NCBI GenBank assembly: GCA_965219095.1
Contig: CBDCMT010000001.1
Coordinates: forward strand, 640,001 to 704,000
Direction of reading: 5' to 3'
DNA from: Bdellovibrionales bacterium
GTDB taxonomy: Bacteria > Bdellovibrionota > Bdellovibrionia > Bdellovibrionales > UBA1609
Length of the DNA: 64,000 bases
Shown here: positions 43,208 through 53,999 of the stretch, one piece after another
Layout of the letters: each line of letters opens with the position of its first letter
How positions within the stretch are numbered: position 1 is the stretch's first letter
Notes under the pieces: generated by a model
Seen by the model: only the letters and a program-made list of their open reading frames with translations
What the model was told of the DNA's origin: nothing
Databases searched by the model: none
Made by a program: the position numbers and the translations under genes

Positions 43208-43806
43208 TGAACTTCCCCTGTTTCTGCGGACAGTCAATTTTCTCTTAAAGTCTCCATAAAATGGAGGTAAAAGAAAGAATGGAAAAAGTAAAACAGTACT
43301 CGGAAGAGTTTAAAAAGCAAGCCATTGAATTGGCAGAGGAAATAGGTGCAAAGGAAGCCTCAGAGAAGCTAGGACTGAGAAATTTCCAAGTGATAAGCTC
43401 TTGGAAGCGTTTTCTAAAGCCTGAAGTAGAAAGACAAGCTTCCCATGACTTGGCTTCGGCATTGGAGGAAATAAAGAGGTTAAAAAAGGAGCTGGTCTAT
43501 GAGAGGCGGAGTGTAGGTATATTGAAAGAGGCAGCGGCTTTTTTTTCAAAGGAAATCCTGAAATGAGATTTAAGGCTATGTTTTATGTAAAAGAGAAAGG
43601 GCATCCAGTGCTTCGCATTTGCGAATTATTAAGAGGATCTCGTTCTGGTTTTTATAGTTTTTTAAAAACCAGGGGAAAGCTTGAAAAGGATAAAAATCTG
43701 GAGAAAAACATAGAATCTATTTTTAAAAAAAAGCCTCCTCAAAAGAATTTAAACAAAGGAGGGCTTTAAGAACATAAAAACTGTCCACTTTTTTGGGGGA
43801 AGATCA
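43208..43806 (+). mobile_element. Internally deleted IS3-family element; orfA intact at 43261-43566
   Basis: TGAACTTCCCC...GGGGAAGATCA ends; 3-bp TSD AGT; ISL3 tip GCCTCCTCAAAAGAAT at 43733-43748 marks the deletion. Confidence 0.9.
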
Positions 43807-44576
43807 AGTTTCTTAAAAGTTGGGAAGAGCAGATGAAAGAAAAGATACTTGAATCAGAGGTCATTCATGTTGATGAGACCTCTATGAGGGTTAAGGGTAA
43901 AAACTACTGGATTCATACTTATAGTTCAGGAGAATTAGTCTTGCAGTTTCTCCACCTTTCACGTGGAAGGGAAGCCATAAAAGATATTGGTCTCTTGGAT
44001 AGATATGCAGGAGTGCTTGTGCATGATTGTTGGAGTCCTTACTTTTGTTATGATAAGATAACTCATGCTTTGTGTGTGGCTCACCTTTTGAGAGAGCTTA
44101 AATTTATAGAAGAAAGCAATGGATTCAAATGGGCTACAAATCTCAAAAAACTTCTTAAAGAGACTGTGGAGTTAGTTCATAAAAAAGAGTCAAGAGTTCT
44201 GACTCAAAAAGAGTATGAAACTCTTCAGAGAAGGTATAGGAGTATTCTTACAAAAGGCTTAAAAGAGCTTCCAGAATTTCCTAAGAAAAATGGCAAGAAA
44301 GGACGAATAAAGCATACACAAGCTCAAAACCTTTGGCTGCGATTTAAAAAGTATGAAGCAGAAATACTGTGCTTTGCTAAAAGAAAGAACGTAGATCCTA
44401 CTAACAACAGAGCTGAAAGAAATCTAAGAATGACTAAGGTGAAAAAGAAAGTGTCAGGGTGTTTCAGAACAGAAGAAATGGCGAAATATTTTTGTCGCAT
44501 TACCAGCTATGTTAAAACAATGAGAAATAGAGGGTATTCTTCTTTAGAAGCCATCTCTATGGCTTTAAATAAAAAC

Positions 44577-46097
44577 GCCTCCTCAAAAGAATCTGTGGGT
44601 TCCCGGAGGTTCTGGCAGTTTTCCAAGGTTATGATATAAGGCGATTTTTATAGCTTTAGAGGTTCTAAAGCCGTAAGATTTTCTCATAGTGAGTTTTACT
44701 TTGTTGTTTAAACCCTCTACAATCCCTGAGGAGAAGGTTTTTTTAGCCTTGAAGTAATTAAGAATAAGTAGCTTATGTCTTCGTATGGTTTTTGCTTTTC
44801 TTTTCATAGGTTCAATTTTTGAAAGCATGACTCGTCTCGTCCAACTGTCTATAAATTTACCAGCCCAAGTTGGTGAAACATAGGTCCATAACTGTCGGAA
44901 GTCTTCTTTTAAAAGATAACAGCGGATACTTTTTAAATTGTACTGTATTAAATGCCTTAATTTTACTTTTTCATAAGATTTTAAATTTTCTGCATTTTTT
45001 AACAAGGGCCATCTAGCTTTTGTTAAAAGGGGTTCATACCCGTCTTCTTTCATTTTTTTGTGTTCTGAAGCTCTCACTTCGTCTAAAGCCTTATTGAGTC
45101 TTGCTACGATATGAAACCGATCTAATATGTGTAAAGCTCCACTTGCCCTCTCCTTTATGACTTTTAAATAAGGCTTCCACATATCAGAACACACAAACCG
45201 TATATCTTTTGACTTCTCTCCTAGTAAATCAAAGAATTTTCTAAAACTCTTTTCTGTTCTTTTTTCTCCTATCCACAACAAGCGTACACGGGTTTTGCTT
45301 ATTTCATAGACTAAGGTGAGATACTGATGGTTCTTTTTCCATTGTATTTCATCTACACCTATAGCTTGTATTCCCTTTAAAACCCTTTGTTTTAAACCAT
45401 ATTCTACGACCCATTCTACCGAAGCATAGACCTGATTCCAACTGACATGAAACTTACAAGAAACCTCTTTCCAAGACAGGTGACGACACCAGTCTGCTAA
45501 GTACTTCATGTAAAAGATCGTTAAACTCTTCTTACCATCGGCCCAAGGTAAATGTTCAACTTTTACCCCACAGCAAGGACAATTGACTCTTCTTACAGCA
45601 TAAACAAAGAACACCCTGTAACTTAAAATAGGAAGGGATTCAAAGTCCCGTGATGATTTACTGCTGTCATACACTGAACAGGGCTTCTTACAAACACTAC
45701 AAAAAGCTTGGCCATTTTTACGAGCCTTAATAGGAACATTAATTGACTTTCTATCTTTTGAAAAATAAATGTCTCCGTATACAAAAGACTTCCATCTTAA
45801 ACAATCATTTAGTATAGTCTTCAAAAGCATCTCTTCCCTCCTTTTTTTTTTTTTTTGAATAACATTTTAAGGCATCTGGGAAGTAGGTGCTTCTTTTTTA
45901 AAATTTTAATGTAACACAGCAAATAAAAGCAAATAAAATGAATGTTTTTGAGTTCAATCACCGGAGGTGACAGAGGCCAGTAAGGGCCTCAAAGAACTCA
46001 AAAATACAAGATAGAATGTCTTACTCTTACTTTGATTAATATGAGCTCTTTTGGGGGATTTCTACTACTTTTTACCCACAGATTCCCGGGAGGAGCC
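44577..46097 (-). mobile_element. ISL3-family element, complete
   Basis: Both ends present; 8-bp TSD ATAAAAAC. Confidence 0.95.
44583..45830 (-). CDS. ISL3-family transposase, intact
   Basis: CSVC..CPCC zinc finger, IGVDE, CSDMW, DRFH, EGLNNKVK. Confidence 0.95.
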   Translation of the reverse strand: MLLKTILNDCLRWKSFVYGDIYFSKDRKSINVPIKARKNGQAFCSVCKKPCSVYDSSKSSRDFESLPILSYRVFFVYAVRRVNCPCCGVKVEHLPWADGKKSLTIFYMKYLADWCRHLSWKEVSCKFHVSWNQVYASVEWVVEYGLKQRVLKGIQAIGVDEIQWKKNHQYLTLVYEISKTRVRLLWIGEKRTEKSFRKFFDLLGEKSKDIRFVCSDMWKPYLKVIKERASGALHILDRFHIVARLNKALDEVRASEHKKMKEDGYEPLLTKARWPLLKNAENLKSYEKVKLRHLIQYNLKSIRCYLLKEDFRQLWTYVSPTWAGKFIDSWTRRVMLSKIEPMKRKAKTIRRHKLLILNYFKAKKTFSSGIVEGLNNKVKLTMRKSYGFRTSKAIKIALYHNLGKLPEPPGTHRFF

Positions 46098-46340
46098 ATA
46101 AAAACTTACGAGAGTGAGCAGTTACGTATTTTCAATAAATTACAAGAGTGAGCTTCCCTATGTGTTCGCTTCAAAGATGAGTTAAATGGACTTGAGGATG
46201 TTGAGGAAGAGCTAGAGAGCGAAATACTTCTTAAAGGAGAGCTTCTTTGTTTAAAAGAAAAAGAAAGTGAGATGTAATGTTTTTAAAGATCTTGCTTTCA
46301 TGTTGTTGAAGAAATAAGAAAAACTCTTTAAAATGAACTT

Positions 46341-48029
46341 ATGGCTATGCAATCTTTAGAGGCTCTTTTGTTAAAGGGAGCAGGACTTAAGGGAAAAGAA
46401 CTCCATTCTCTTTATGAGCTTACAAATGCTAGAGGACAGAGTTTAAAAGAGCTTCTTTTAAATAAGCCCTTTGAAACTCCTGAAGAGGCCTTAGAGGAAG
46501 TTTGCAGGGCTTTGGATCTTCTCTTTTTAAAGGAAGTTCCTTTGAATGAGATTGCAGGTTATCTGCTAAAAAGTGTGTCTATTAATTATGCTAAAAAATA
46601 TGAAATCCTTCCCTTTAAAGAAGTTGAGGGTAAGATTCAAGTTCTAGTGAGTAACCCCCTTAACTACAAAGCCTTTCAAGAAATGAGAGTTTTTTTAGAT
46701 AAGGATTTAGAGATGATTGTTACCCCTAAGTCAAAACTTCATGATGCTATCAATTACATTTATGAAAAATCCACAAGCGATTTAGAAGGTTTAGATGAGA
46801 TTGAAAGTGAAGAGTATGACTTAGATGAACCGGTTATTGATCTTTTAGAAACAGGAGATGATGAAGCTCCTGTGATAAAACTTATTAACACACTTTTGTT
46901 TCGTGCTGTAAAAGAAATGGCTTCAGACATTCATATTGAACCTTATGAAAAGGATATGGTCATTCGCTTTCGTTTGGATGGAGTTTTATATGATGTTTAC
47001 TCTCCTCCTAAAAAATTACAAAATGCTATTGTGTCTAGAATTAAAGTGATGGCTAGTTTGAATATTGCAGAAAAAAGACTTCCTCAAGACGGTAGGATTT
47101 CTTTAAAGCTAGCAGGAAGGGATGTGGATGTGAGGGTGAACATTGTACCAACAGCTTTTGGAGAGCGTGTTGTAATGCGTCTTCAGGATCGTTCTAAAGT
47201 GATCTTACAGTTAGAGCAATTGGGTTTTTCTGAAAAAAGCTTAAGTACTTTAAATCAGCTCCTACAAAAGCCGTATGGAATTGTTCTAGTCACAGGACCT
47301 ACAGGAAGTGGTAAATCCACAACCCTTTACTCTTGTCTGAGCCGTATTAATACTATTGATAAAAACATCATTACTGTGGAACAGCCTGTGGAGCAGAGAA
47401 TTCGTGGTATAGGGCAAATTCAAGTCAATCACAAAATTGGACTTACTTTTTCTAATGCTCTAAGAGCTATTTTAAGACAAGATCCTAATGTGATTATGAT
47501 TGGTGAGATTCGTGATTTAGAAACTGCTGAAATTGCTATCAATGCTTCTTTGACAGGACACCTTGTGCTTTCCACCATTCATACAAATGATGCTGCAGGG
47601 GCTTTTCCTCGTTTAACGGATATGGGTTGTGAGCCTTTTTTGATTGCAACCTCTTTGCTTGCTGTCATGGCTCAACGACTTATTCGTGTCCTTTGTGATG
47701 AATGTAAGGAAATTTATAAACCCACAGAACAAGAAATTAAAAGTTTGGATCTGTCCATTAATGAAAAAACAAAAAGTTTTCAATTTTATCGCCCTGTAGG
47801 CTGTAATGAATGTCATAGTAAAGGTTATGTGGGGAGAACTCTTATCGAGGAGATTTTACTTCTTAACGATGAGATTAGAAGTTTAATTATGCAAAGACAA
47901 AATAGCGGAAATATTCGCCAAAAAGCCATTCAAGAGGGTATGGTTCCTATTCGTATTCATGGGATTCAGAAAATTGTTAATGGAGTGACCAGTGTTGAGG
48001 AAGTTTTAGCTAACACTCAGATGGATTAA
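46341..48029 (+). CDS. gspE: Type II secretion ATPase
   Basis: ASDIHIEP, NIAEKRLPQDGR, GPTGSGKST, LRQDPNVIMIGEIRD, TGHLVLSTIHTN, tetracysteine motif. Confidence 0.95.
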   Translation: MAMQSLEALLLKGAGLKGKELHSLYELTNARGQSLKELLLNKPFETPEEALEEVCRALDLLFLKEVPLNEIAGYLLKSVSINYAKKYEILPFKEVEGKIQVLVSNPLNYKAFQEMRVFLDKDLEMIVTPKSKLHDAINYIYEKSTSDLEGLDEIESEEYDLDEPVIDLLETGDDEAPVIKLINTLLFRAVKEMASDIHIEPYEKDMVIRFRLDGVLYDVYSPPKKLQNAIVSRIKVMASLNIAEKRLPQDGRISLKLAGRDVDVRVNIVPTAFGERVVMRLQDRSKVILQLEQLGFSEKSLSTLNQLLQKPYGIVLVTGPTGSGKSTTLYSCLSRINTIDKNIITVEQPVEQRIRGIGQIQVNHKIGLTFSNALRAILRQDPNVIMIGEIRDLETAEIAINASLTGHLVLSTIHTNDAAGAFPRLTDMGCEPFLIATSLLAVMAQRLIRVLCDECKEIYKPTEQEIKSLDLSINEKTKSFQFYRPVGCNECHSKGYVGRTLIEEILLLNDEIRSLIMQRQNSGNIRQKAIQEGMVPIRIHGIQKIVNGVTSVEEVLANTQMD

Positions 48030-48032
48030 TTT

Positions 48033-49247
48033 ATGCCTGTTTATGCTTATAAAGGAGTGAATCATTTAGGTAGAACCAAACGTGGAACTTTACAAGCTGA
48101 AAACTTACGTGTGGCTCGTTTGAAGCTTAAAAAAGAAGGCATTTATGTTAGTGAGTTAAAGAACAAATCCCTAGCTAAGAATCAAAGGAACCTTAAATCT
48201 TCTCAAAACAGAAAAGTAAAAATTGAAGAACTCGCTTTAGCTACAAGACAACTCGCAAGCCTCCTTCATGCCAATATACCTTTAGTGGAAAGTTTAAACG
48301 CTCTTTCAGAGCAAGTTGAAAACCCTATCCTACAGGCTGTTTTCACAGACTGTAAAAATGCAGTTAACGAAGGAGAAAGTTTTTATAAAACTCTTTCAAA
48401 GTATCCTAAAATTTTCAATAAGACCTATATTTATATGTGTCAAGCCGGAGAAGCTTCAGGAACTTTGGATGTGATCTTGATACGTTTAGCAGAGTTTACA
48501 GAATCAGCTAACGAATTGAAACAACGTCTTCAAGCAGCTCTGACTTATCCTTTAATTATGATTATCATGACAATAGCTATTTTAATTCTTTTGTTTCTTT
48601 TTGTAATTCCTAAAATGCAACAAGTTTTTTCCGATGCCATTGAATTGGAACTACCGTCTATATCTATTGCCGTTTTTGCCATAAGTGGCTGGCTTGTGAA
48701 CTACTGGTATATTTTTGCAGGAGGAGTATTTTTTCTTACTTTTATGTTTTTTAACTGGAAAAACTCAGAAAAAGGAAGGCCACAATATGACACCTTGCTA
48801 TTAAAACTAGGTTTTGTAGGAAAGATGGTCCGTATGGTAGCGGTAGCTCGTTTTTCTCGTACTTTGGCAACTCTTTTAAAAGGAGGGGTCCCTATGCTTG
48901 TGTCCATGGACATTGTACGTAATGTTGTCAACAACGAAGTTTTAGCAAAAGCTATTGATGAAGCAAGAGAGAACATCAGTGAAGGAGAATCTATTGCCTT
49001 GCCTCTCAAAAAATCAGGACAGTTTCCTCCCATTGTGATTCATATGATCAGTATTGGAGAAAAAACAGGAGAACTAGAAGCTATGTTAGAAGAACTTAGT
49101 AAATCTTTTGAGTTTCAAGTAAAAAACTCTGTAGATCGTTTGACATCTCTTATTTCTCCTATTGTTCTTGTTTTTATGGCTATAGTTGTAGGTGTGATTG
49201 TATGGGCTGTGCTCATGCCTATTTTACAGCTCTCAGACCTTGGTTAA
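48033..49247 (+). CDS. gspF: Type II secretion inner-membrane platform protein
   Basis: TRQLASLL, AGEASGTLD, ALTYP, IGEKTGELE. Confidence 0.95.
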   Translation: MPVYAYKGVNHLGRTKRGTLQAENLRVARLKLKKEGIYVSELKNKSLAKNQRNLKSSQNRKVKIEELALATRQLASLLHANIPLVESLNALSEQVENPILQAVFTDCKNAVNEGESFYKTLSKYPKIFNKTYIYMCQAGEASGTLDVILIRLAEFTESANELKQRLQAALTYPLIMIIMTIAILILLFLFVIPKMQQVFSDAIELELPSISIAVFAISGWLVNYWYIFAGGVFFLTFMFFNWKNSEKGRPQYDTLLLKLGFVGKMVRMVAVARFSRTLATLLKGGVPMLVSMDIVRNVVNNEVLAKAIDEARENISEGESIALPLKKSGQFPPIVIHMISIGEKTGELEAMLEELSKSFEFQVKNSVDRLTSLISPIVLVFMAIVVGVIVWAVLMPILQLSDLG

Positions 49248-49344
49248 GTCATACTTGATCGTATTTCAAAAATCAATTTTTCTAGCTAGGGGGTGAAAGT
49301 CAATTTATTTAATATGGTAACCTTAGCCTAAGAAAGGGAGTGAA

Positions 49345-49866
49345 GGATAGCTAGAAGATATGAATTAACAACTTAAAACATGGAAGAAGATAGAGTTTTA
49401 CTTAGCGATCGAAAAAAGATAGTAGGAGTTAGAAGCAAAAAACAACCGACAATTTGTTAACTTAAGTCCTATGGATCTTGAGGATTGGAGCCTCTTGGAG
49501 GTCTCTTCCAGAACGTTATGAACACTCAAAGAACGTTTGCTTTCGTTTCACTCGTTGAGAGAAATCTGGAATTTTTAAAGAAGATTTTTTCTCATCTTAT
49601 AAAAGATTCTAAAAATGAATATCTCTCTATTGATAGCACTATAGTACGAGCTCATCAGCATTCTTCTGGTACAAAAAAGAAGCAAAAAAAAAGAATATTT
49701 TGGCTTTGGGGCACTCCAGAGAAAGTTTAAGTACAAAAATTTATTTTGTAAGTGATAGCTTAGAACGTCTTATGCGTTTGAGTTTAACAAGAGGAGAAGC
49801 CTAAGACATCACTCAAGCTTCTGATTTAATAAGAGGTTTGAAATATGGTTTTGTTATAGCCAAAGA
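49345..49866 (+). pseudogene. Degraded IS5-family (IS427-like) transposase
   Basis: LWILRIGASWRSLPERY, SIDSTIVRAHQHSSG, LSTKIY with stops and frameshifts. Confidence 0.8.
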
Positions 49867-49868
49867 GT

Positions 49869-49910
49869 TGATCTTCCCCCAAAAAACTGTCCACTTTTTT
49901 GGGAGAAGAT
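49869..49910. repeat. Fold-back of the IS3 right end
   Basis: TGATCTTCCCCCAAAAAA-CTGTCCAC-TTTTTTGGGAGAAGAT; compare 43776-43806. Confidence 0.85.
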
Positions 49911-50123
49911 GAAATTCAAGACAAAAGAGAAGGAGGAAGCATAGGAGCAAAGGGAATACAGGAACTTTTAGCAGATGAATTTGACTGTTCTCTTTCTGGG
50001 GTTTATGCTCTTTTAGACCGCCTTAATATTGTATGGATCAGTGGTCGTTCTCTTCATCCTAAAAGTTCACAAGAAGCTATGGAACAGTTTAAGAAACATT
50101 TTCCAGAAGAGGTGGAGAAAATG
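49907..50123 (+). mobile_element. Internal IS630-A transposase fragment followed by an IS66-type tip
   Basis: Matches ~3237-3458; GTAACTCGGTT at 50124. Confidence 0.85.
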
Positions 50124-50539
50124 TAACTCGGTTAATTGACGACATTCCCTAGATAAAAAGGAGATTTTTGAAGTGTGACCAGGATATTTTAAAAATCCTA
50201 GCACTTTGTCCAGTGAATTTTTTTATAAATTCCTTTTTGAAGGACTATGAAATAACTTGCTGGCTGTAACAGCTAATTACCAAGGTTTTTAACAAGAATC
50301 AAGATTAAGGACTTTTTTTCAAATCATGGCTAAAAGTCAAACAGACAAATTTAAATTTTAATGAAATAAATACAAAGAAAATATGCTAGAATCTCTTCAA
50401 TGAGGATCTTGGAGAAGTTCTTGGGGCTTAAGGGCAAAGGTCTTATTGGGGTTGAGATTTTTTTATTTCTTTGTTAAAATTTTTATGAAAAGAAGAGGAG
50501 AAAAGAGAGAAGAATTTGGGACACAAAGGAAAGGAGTTT

Positions 50540-50965
50540 ATGTTTTCACAAAAAAGAAATCAAAAAGGTATGACGCTTTTAGAAATTATGGTGGTTCTTA
50601 TTCTTATAGGCCTTGTAGCAGGAAGTTTGCTATTTCCTGTCATGGGAAGATTAGATAGAGGAAGATACAAAAGCACACAAAACCAAATACGTGAAGTAAT
50701 AAAATCTTTAGAAACCTTTTACTTAGATTGTGGCACTTACCCTTCAGAAGAAGAGGGTTTAGGGGCTTTAGTGGAACAAACACCTAACTGTTCTTCTTGG
50801 GGAGGGCCTTATTTGAAAAAGATTCCCAAAGACAGCTGGGGTGGAGAGCTTCTTTATGAATTCTCAGAAGAGACAGGAGAACCTATCATCATATCCTTAG
50901 GCCGTGACAAAAAAGCAGGAGGCACAAAGGCATGGGATAAGGACATTGTGTCCTCAGATCTTTAA
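50540..50965 (+). CDS. gspG: T2SS major pseudopilin
   Basis: QKG/MTLLEIMVVL prepilin site; YPSEEEGLGALV; WGGPYL..PKDSWG; RBS AAGGAG. Confidence 0.93.
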   Translation: MFSQKRNQKGMTLLEIMVVLILIGLVAGSLLFPVMGRLDRGRYKSTQNQIREVIKSLETFYLDCGTYPSEEEGLGALVEQTPNCSSWGGPYLKKIPKDSWGGELLYEFSEETGEPIIISLGRDKKAGGTKAWDKDIVSSDL

Positions 50966-51578
50966 AAGATTTTTTATTTCTAAGGGACTTTCTCTCTTAG
51001 AGATCTTGGTCGTTTTACTATTAATGGGCCTTATAACAGGGACTATTCTTTCTCGTACAGCCTGGAAAAAAAATGAAGTAAAAGAATTTCATAAAGATTT
51101 CAGGAAATTGAGCCGTGAGATTTTTTTAAAAGCACGTCTTAAGAATACTTTGTATCGTATGGTGTTTAAAATTTCAGATTTTGAAGAAGAGGAGCCTCCT
51201 TCGGTTGTGGTTTATGCAGAGTCTCGTGCAGGCAAGGCGTTTGAAAAAGATGAGAATCAACTCCTTAAAAAACTGAACTTTCCAGAAGAGATTCATTACA
51301 AAAACCTTCTGTCAAAGTTAAAAGAAAATGAAGAAGAGTCTTTTGAAGAAACTTTAAATGAAGAGCTTAATGAAGAAGAAAAAAACCAAGTTCGCAAATT
51401 GAAGTTTTTTTATAGATACATTTATTTTTTGCCTCAAGGCTTTGTTTCTCCTGTAGCAATTCATGTGGAACAAAAAAAACAGCCTTGGACTTTTACTATA
51501 GAAGCTTTGACGGGTAAAGTGAAAATCTTAAAAGGCTATATAAGCTTAGAAGAGATAGAGAAAGCAAATCGCTTATGA
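50904..51578 (+). CDS. gspH: T2SS minor pseudopilin H; true start probably ~50946
   Basis: SKG/LSLLEILVVL; YFLPQG; position after gspG. Confidence 0.75.
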   Translation: MTKKQEAQRHGIRTLCPQIFKRFFISKGLSLLEILVVLLLMGLITGTILSRTAWKKNEVKEFHKDFRKLSREIFLKARLKNTLYRMVFKISDFEEEEPPSVVVYAESRAGKAFEKDENQLLKKLNFPEEIHYKNLLSKLKENEEESFEETLNEELNEEEKNQVRKLKFFYRYIYFLPQGFVSPVAIHVEQKKQPWTFTIEALTGKVKILKGYISLEEIEKANRL

Positions 51579-52075
51579 AAAAAGGTAAAGGTTTTTCTCT
51601 TGTAGAAGTTCTGGTAGCACTTTTATTAATTTCAGGGGCAGCTATTGTAACCACTAATATATGGTCGAGAAACTTTCTTTACATTAGGGGTTCAAAAATT
51701 TATGATACGGTAAGTTTTTTGTTAGATCAGAAAATTTCTGAATTGAAAATTGAATATAAAAACATTCAGGAAATTCCTGAGTTAGAGGAAGGGGATTTTG
51801 GAACAGAGTACTCCAACTATCGTTGGGAGATGGAAAGTCAAGCTTTTGATATGCCAGATCTTTCTTCTCTGCTCATTGAGCAGGCTGGAGCTGAAGGTGT
51901 TGATGAAAATGTTCTTTCCGTTGTGAATAATATTAGAGAACTGATTACAAATTCTGTGAAGGAAGTTAAAATCACAGTGTTTGCTAAGGACAAAAAAAGA
52001 GAAAGGTCTTTTTCTGTTGTAACCTATTTTACAAATAAAAATCCTAGTGTGGCTTTAGGGGGAGAAGAAAAATAA
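51575..52075 (+). CDS. gspI: T2SS minor pseudopilin I
   Basis: GKG/FSLVEVLVAL; EEGDFG..YRW. Confidence 0.82.
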   Translation: MKKGKGFSLVEVLVALLLISGAAIVTTNIWSRNFLYIRGSKIYDTVSFLLDQKISELKIEYKNIQEIPELEEGDFGTEYSNYRWEMESQAFDMPDLSSLLIEQAGAEGVDENVLSVVNNIRELITNSVKEVKITVFAKDKKRERSFSVVTYFTNKNPSVALGGEEK

Positions 52076-52803
52076 TGATTTTATCAAAAAAAGGATTTTC
52101 TCTTTTAGAAGTTATGATTTCTCTTTTGATTTTTAGTTTTATAAGTATTTTTATAGTACAAAATGTTCAAAATGCAGTAAGAGCAAGAAAGAATTTTAAG
52201 CCTAAAATGGAAAAAAGTTTCAGATTAAGAACTGTTTTTCTTTTAGTAAGAAAAGACATTAATCAAGCCTTTCATTTTAGAGATTTTTATATAACAAAAT
52301 ATAATGAAGCTCTTCGTGATTTTAGAAAAAAATATGATAAAAGAATTAAAAAAGGAGATATACAGTTTGCATTGAAGCCTAAAATAGTCAAACAAGAAAC
52401 TTACTTCAAAGGCTCCTCCAAGGAATTTTCCATGACATCATTTAACAGTCTCATTTATTTTTCAGAAAATACTTCCTATTCTGTTCATGTAAAGTACTCT
52501 TTAAAAAACTGTGAAAATAAGAAAGGAAAAACAAGCCAATGTTTGGTGAGAAAAGAATGGATTTTAGGAGAAGAAGAACCTTCTCAGGGCGTTTATGAAC
52601 ATGTACTTATAAGAGGTATACAGAGCTTGGAGTTTTTTTACTTGTCACAGGGAAGTGATAAGAAAACACCTGAATGGTCTAGTTTATTAGATGAGAGGCA
52701 TTTTCCTGCTGCTGTGGAAATTCTTTTTGAAACAGAACAGAAAGAAAAATTCAGATGGGTTATATCTCTACATTTTGTTAATAACAAAGAAGGTGAGAGC
52801 TAA
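52075..52803 (+). CDS. gspJ: T2SS minor pseudopilin J
   Basis: KKG/FSLLEVMISL; C-terminal FPAAVEI. Confidence 0.8.
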   Translation: MILSKKGFSLLEVMISLLIFSFISIFIVQNVQNAVRARKNFKPKMEKSFRLRTVFLLVRKDINQAFHFRDFYITKYNEALRDFRKKYDKRIKKGDIQFALKPKIVKQETYFKGSSKEFSMTSFNSLIYFSENTSYSVHVKYSLKNCENKKGKTSQCLVRKEWILGEEEPSQGVYEHVLIRGIQSLEFFYLSQGSDKKTPEWSSLLDERHFPAAVEILFETEQKEKFRWVISLHFVNNKEGES

Positions 52804-53966
52804 TGAGAGACAAAAGAGGAGCGGTTTTGTTTTTTTCTCTTGTGGGGATTTTACTCATGACGGTTTTAGCTGTGGAGTTTTCTAGAGATGCTGTTATTGA
52901 ATACCGTTCTTCAGCGAATGCAGTTCACAAACTGCAGGCTTATTATGCAGCAAAAGCCGGCGTAGATATTAGTCATTTAAGAATTAAGCTTTATTACAAC
53001 GCTTTAAATCAACTAGGAGATAGTTTAGGATCCCAGAAAGGAATTTTAGATCAGATCTGGCAGATTCCCTTTCAATGGCCTCCTGAATTTCCCGGAGAAG
53101 TGTCTAATACTGTAAAATCAAAAATTGAAGAAGCAAAAGAAAAATCATTTATGAAAAGCTCTTATATCACAGTTATTGAACGAGAAGAGCAGAAAATCAA
53201 CCTCCCTCTTCTTATCTTTCCTGTGGAAAAAATAAGACAAGTGACAAAAAATCAGATTCTGAACTTATTGAAAAACAAAAGAAGAAGCGATAGTGAATTC
53301 TCTGATACATACTCTGAAGAGGATTTAGAGAGCTTAGTGAACAACATTATAGATTGGATTGATGAAGATGATGTGAGTTTAAACGGAGGAAGTGAATCTT
53401 CTTATTACGAAGGCAGAGATTCTGATTTATGGCCTCCTCAAAGGCTTTTTTATAGTATGGGAGAATTGCAGTTGGTTTCAGGGATGAATGAAAAATTTTT
53501 TTTATTTCTAAAAGACAAACTCACTCTTTATGCTCCTGCAGCCATTCAAGTTAATTTTTTGTCACAAGAAGTGTTTCAAGCTCTTTTTGAGGACTCAACA
53601 GATGAGTTGTTTGAAGCTTTTCAGCTTGTCAAAGAAGAAAATGGTGATTTTAGCGATATAAAAAGCTTCTATGATTTTTTAGAAGATGAAGGCTATGACA
53701 CAAACTCTTTGAAAGAATTAAACATCCCTTTAATTTTCGATTCACCTTCAAGCTTTCGGATTTATAGTACGGGGTTTTCTCATGGAACAAGTCAAAGCAT
53801 TGAGGTTGTTACTCTGAGCCAAGATGCTTTAAGACAGCAGTTTTTTGATAATTTTGAAAGATTTTATGCTAAAAAAATTAACAGCAAAAAAGAAACAAAA
53901 TCAAAGAAGAAATCTAAGAGGTCTAAGAAAAAAACCTCGACCATAGTCTATTGGAAAGAAGACTAA
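52803..53966 (+). CDS. gspK: T2SS minor pseudopilin K
   Basis: KRG/AVLF without Glu5; QAYYAAKAG; KINL; IIDWIDED; ELQLVSG. Confidence 0.9.
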   Translation: MRDKRGAVLFFSLVGILLMTVLAVEFSRDAVIEYRSSANAVHKLQAYYAAKAGVDISHLRIKLYYNALNQLGDSLGSQKGILDQIWQIPFQWPPEFPGEVSNTVKSKIEEAKEKSFMKSSYITVIEREEQKINLPLLIFPVEKIRQVTKNQILNLLKNKRRSDSEFSDTYSEEDLESLVNNIIDWIDEDDVSLNGGSESSYYEGRDSDLWPPQRLFYSMGELQLVSGMNEKFFLFLKDKLTLYAPAAIQVNFLSQEVFQALFEDSTDELFEAFQLVKEENGDFSDIKSFYDFLEDEGYDTNSLKELNIPLIFDSPSSFRIYSTGFSHGTSQSIEVVTLSQDALRQQFFDNFERFYAKKINSKKETKSKKKSKRSKKKTSTIVYWKED

Positions 53967-53999
53967 GACTCTTGTCTATTTTATACTACTTACAGAAAA

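Larger units (their letters stand above)
42463..46125 (+). mobile_element. IS66-A copy interrupted by a deleted IS3 and a full ISL3
   Basis: Both GTAACTGCTCAC IRs; transposase pieces 42562-43207, 43807-44576, 46098-46117; outer flanks differ. Confidence 0.92.
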
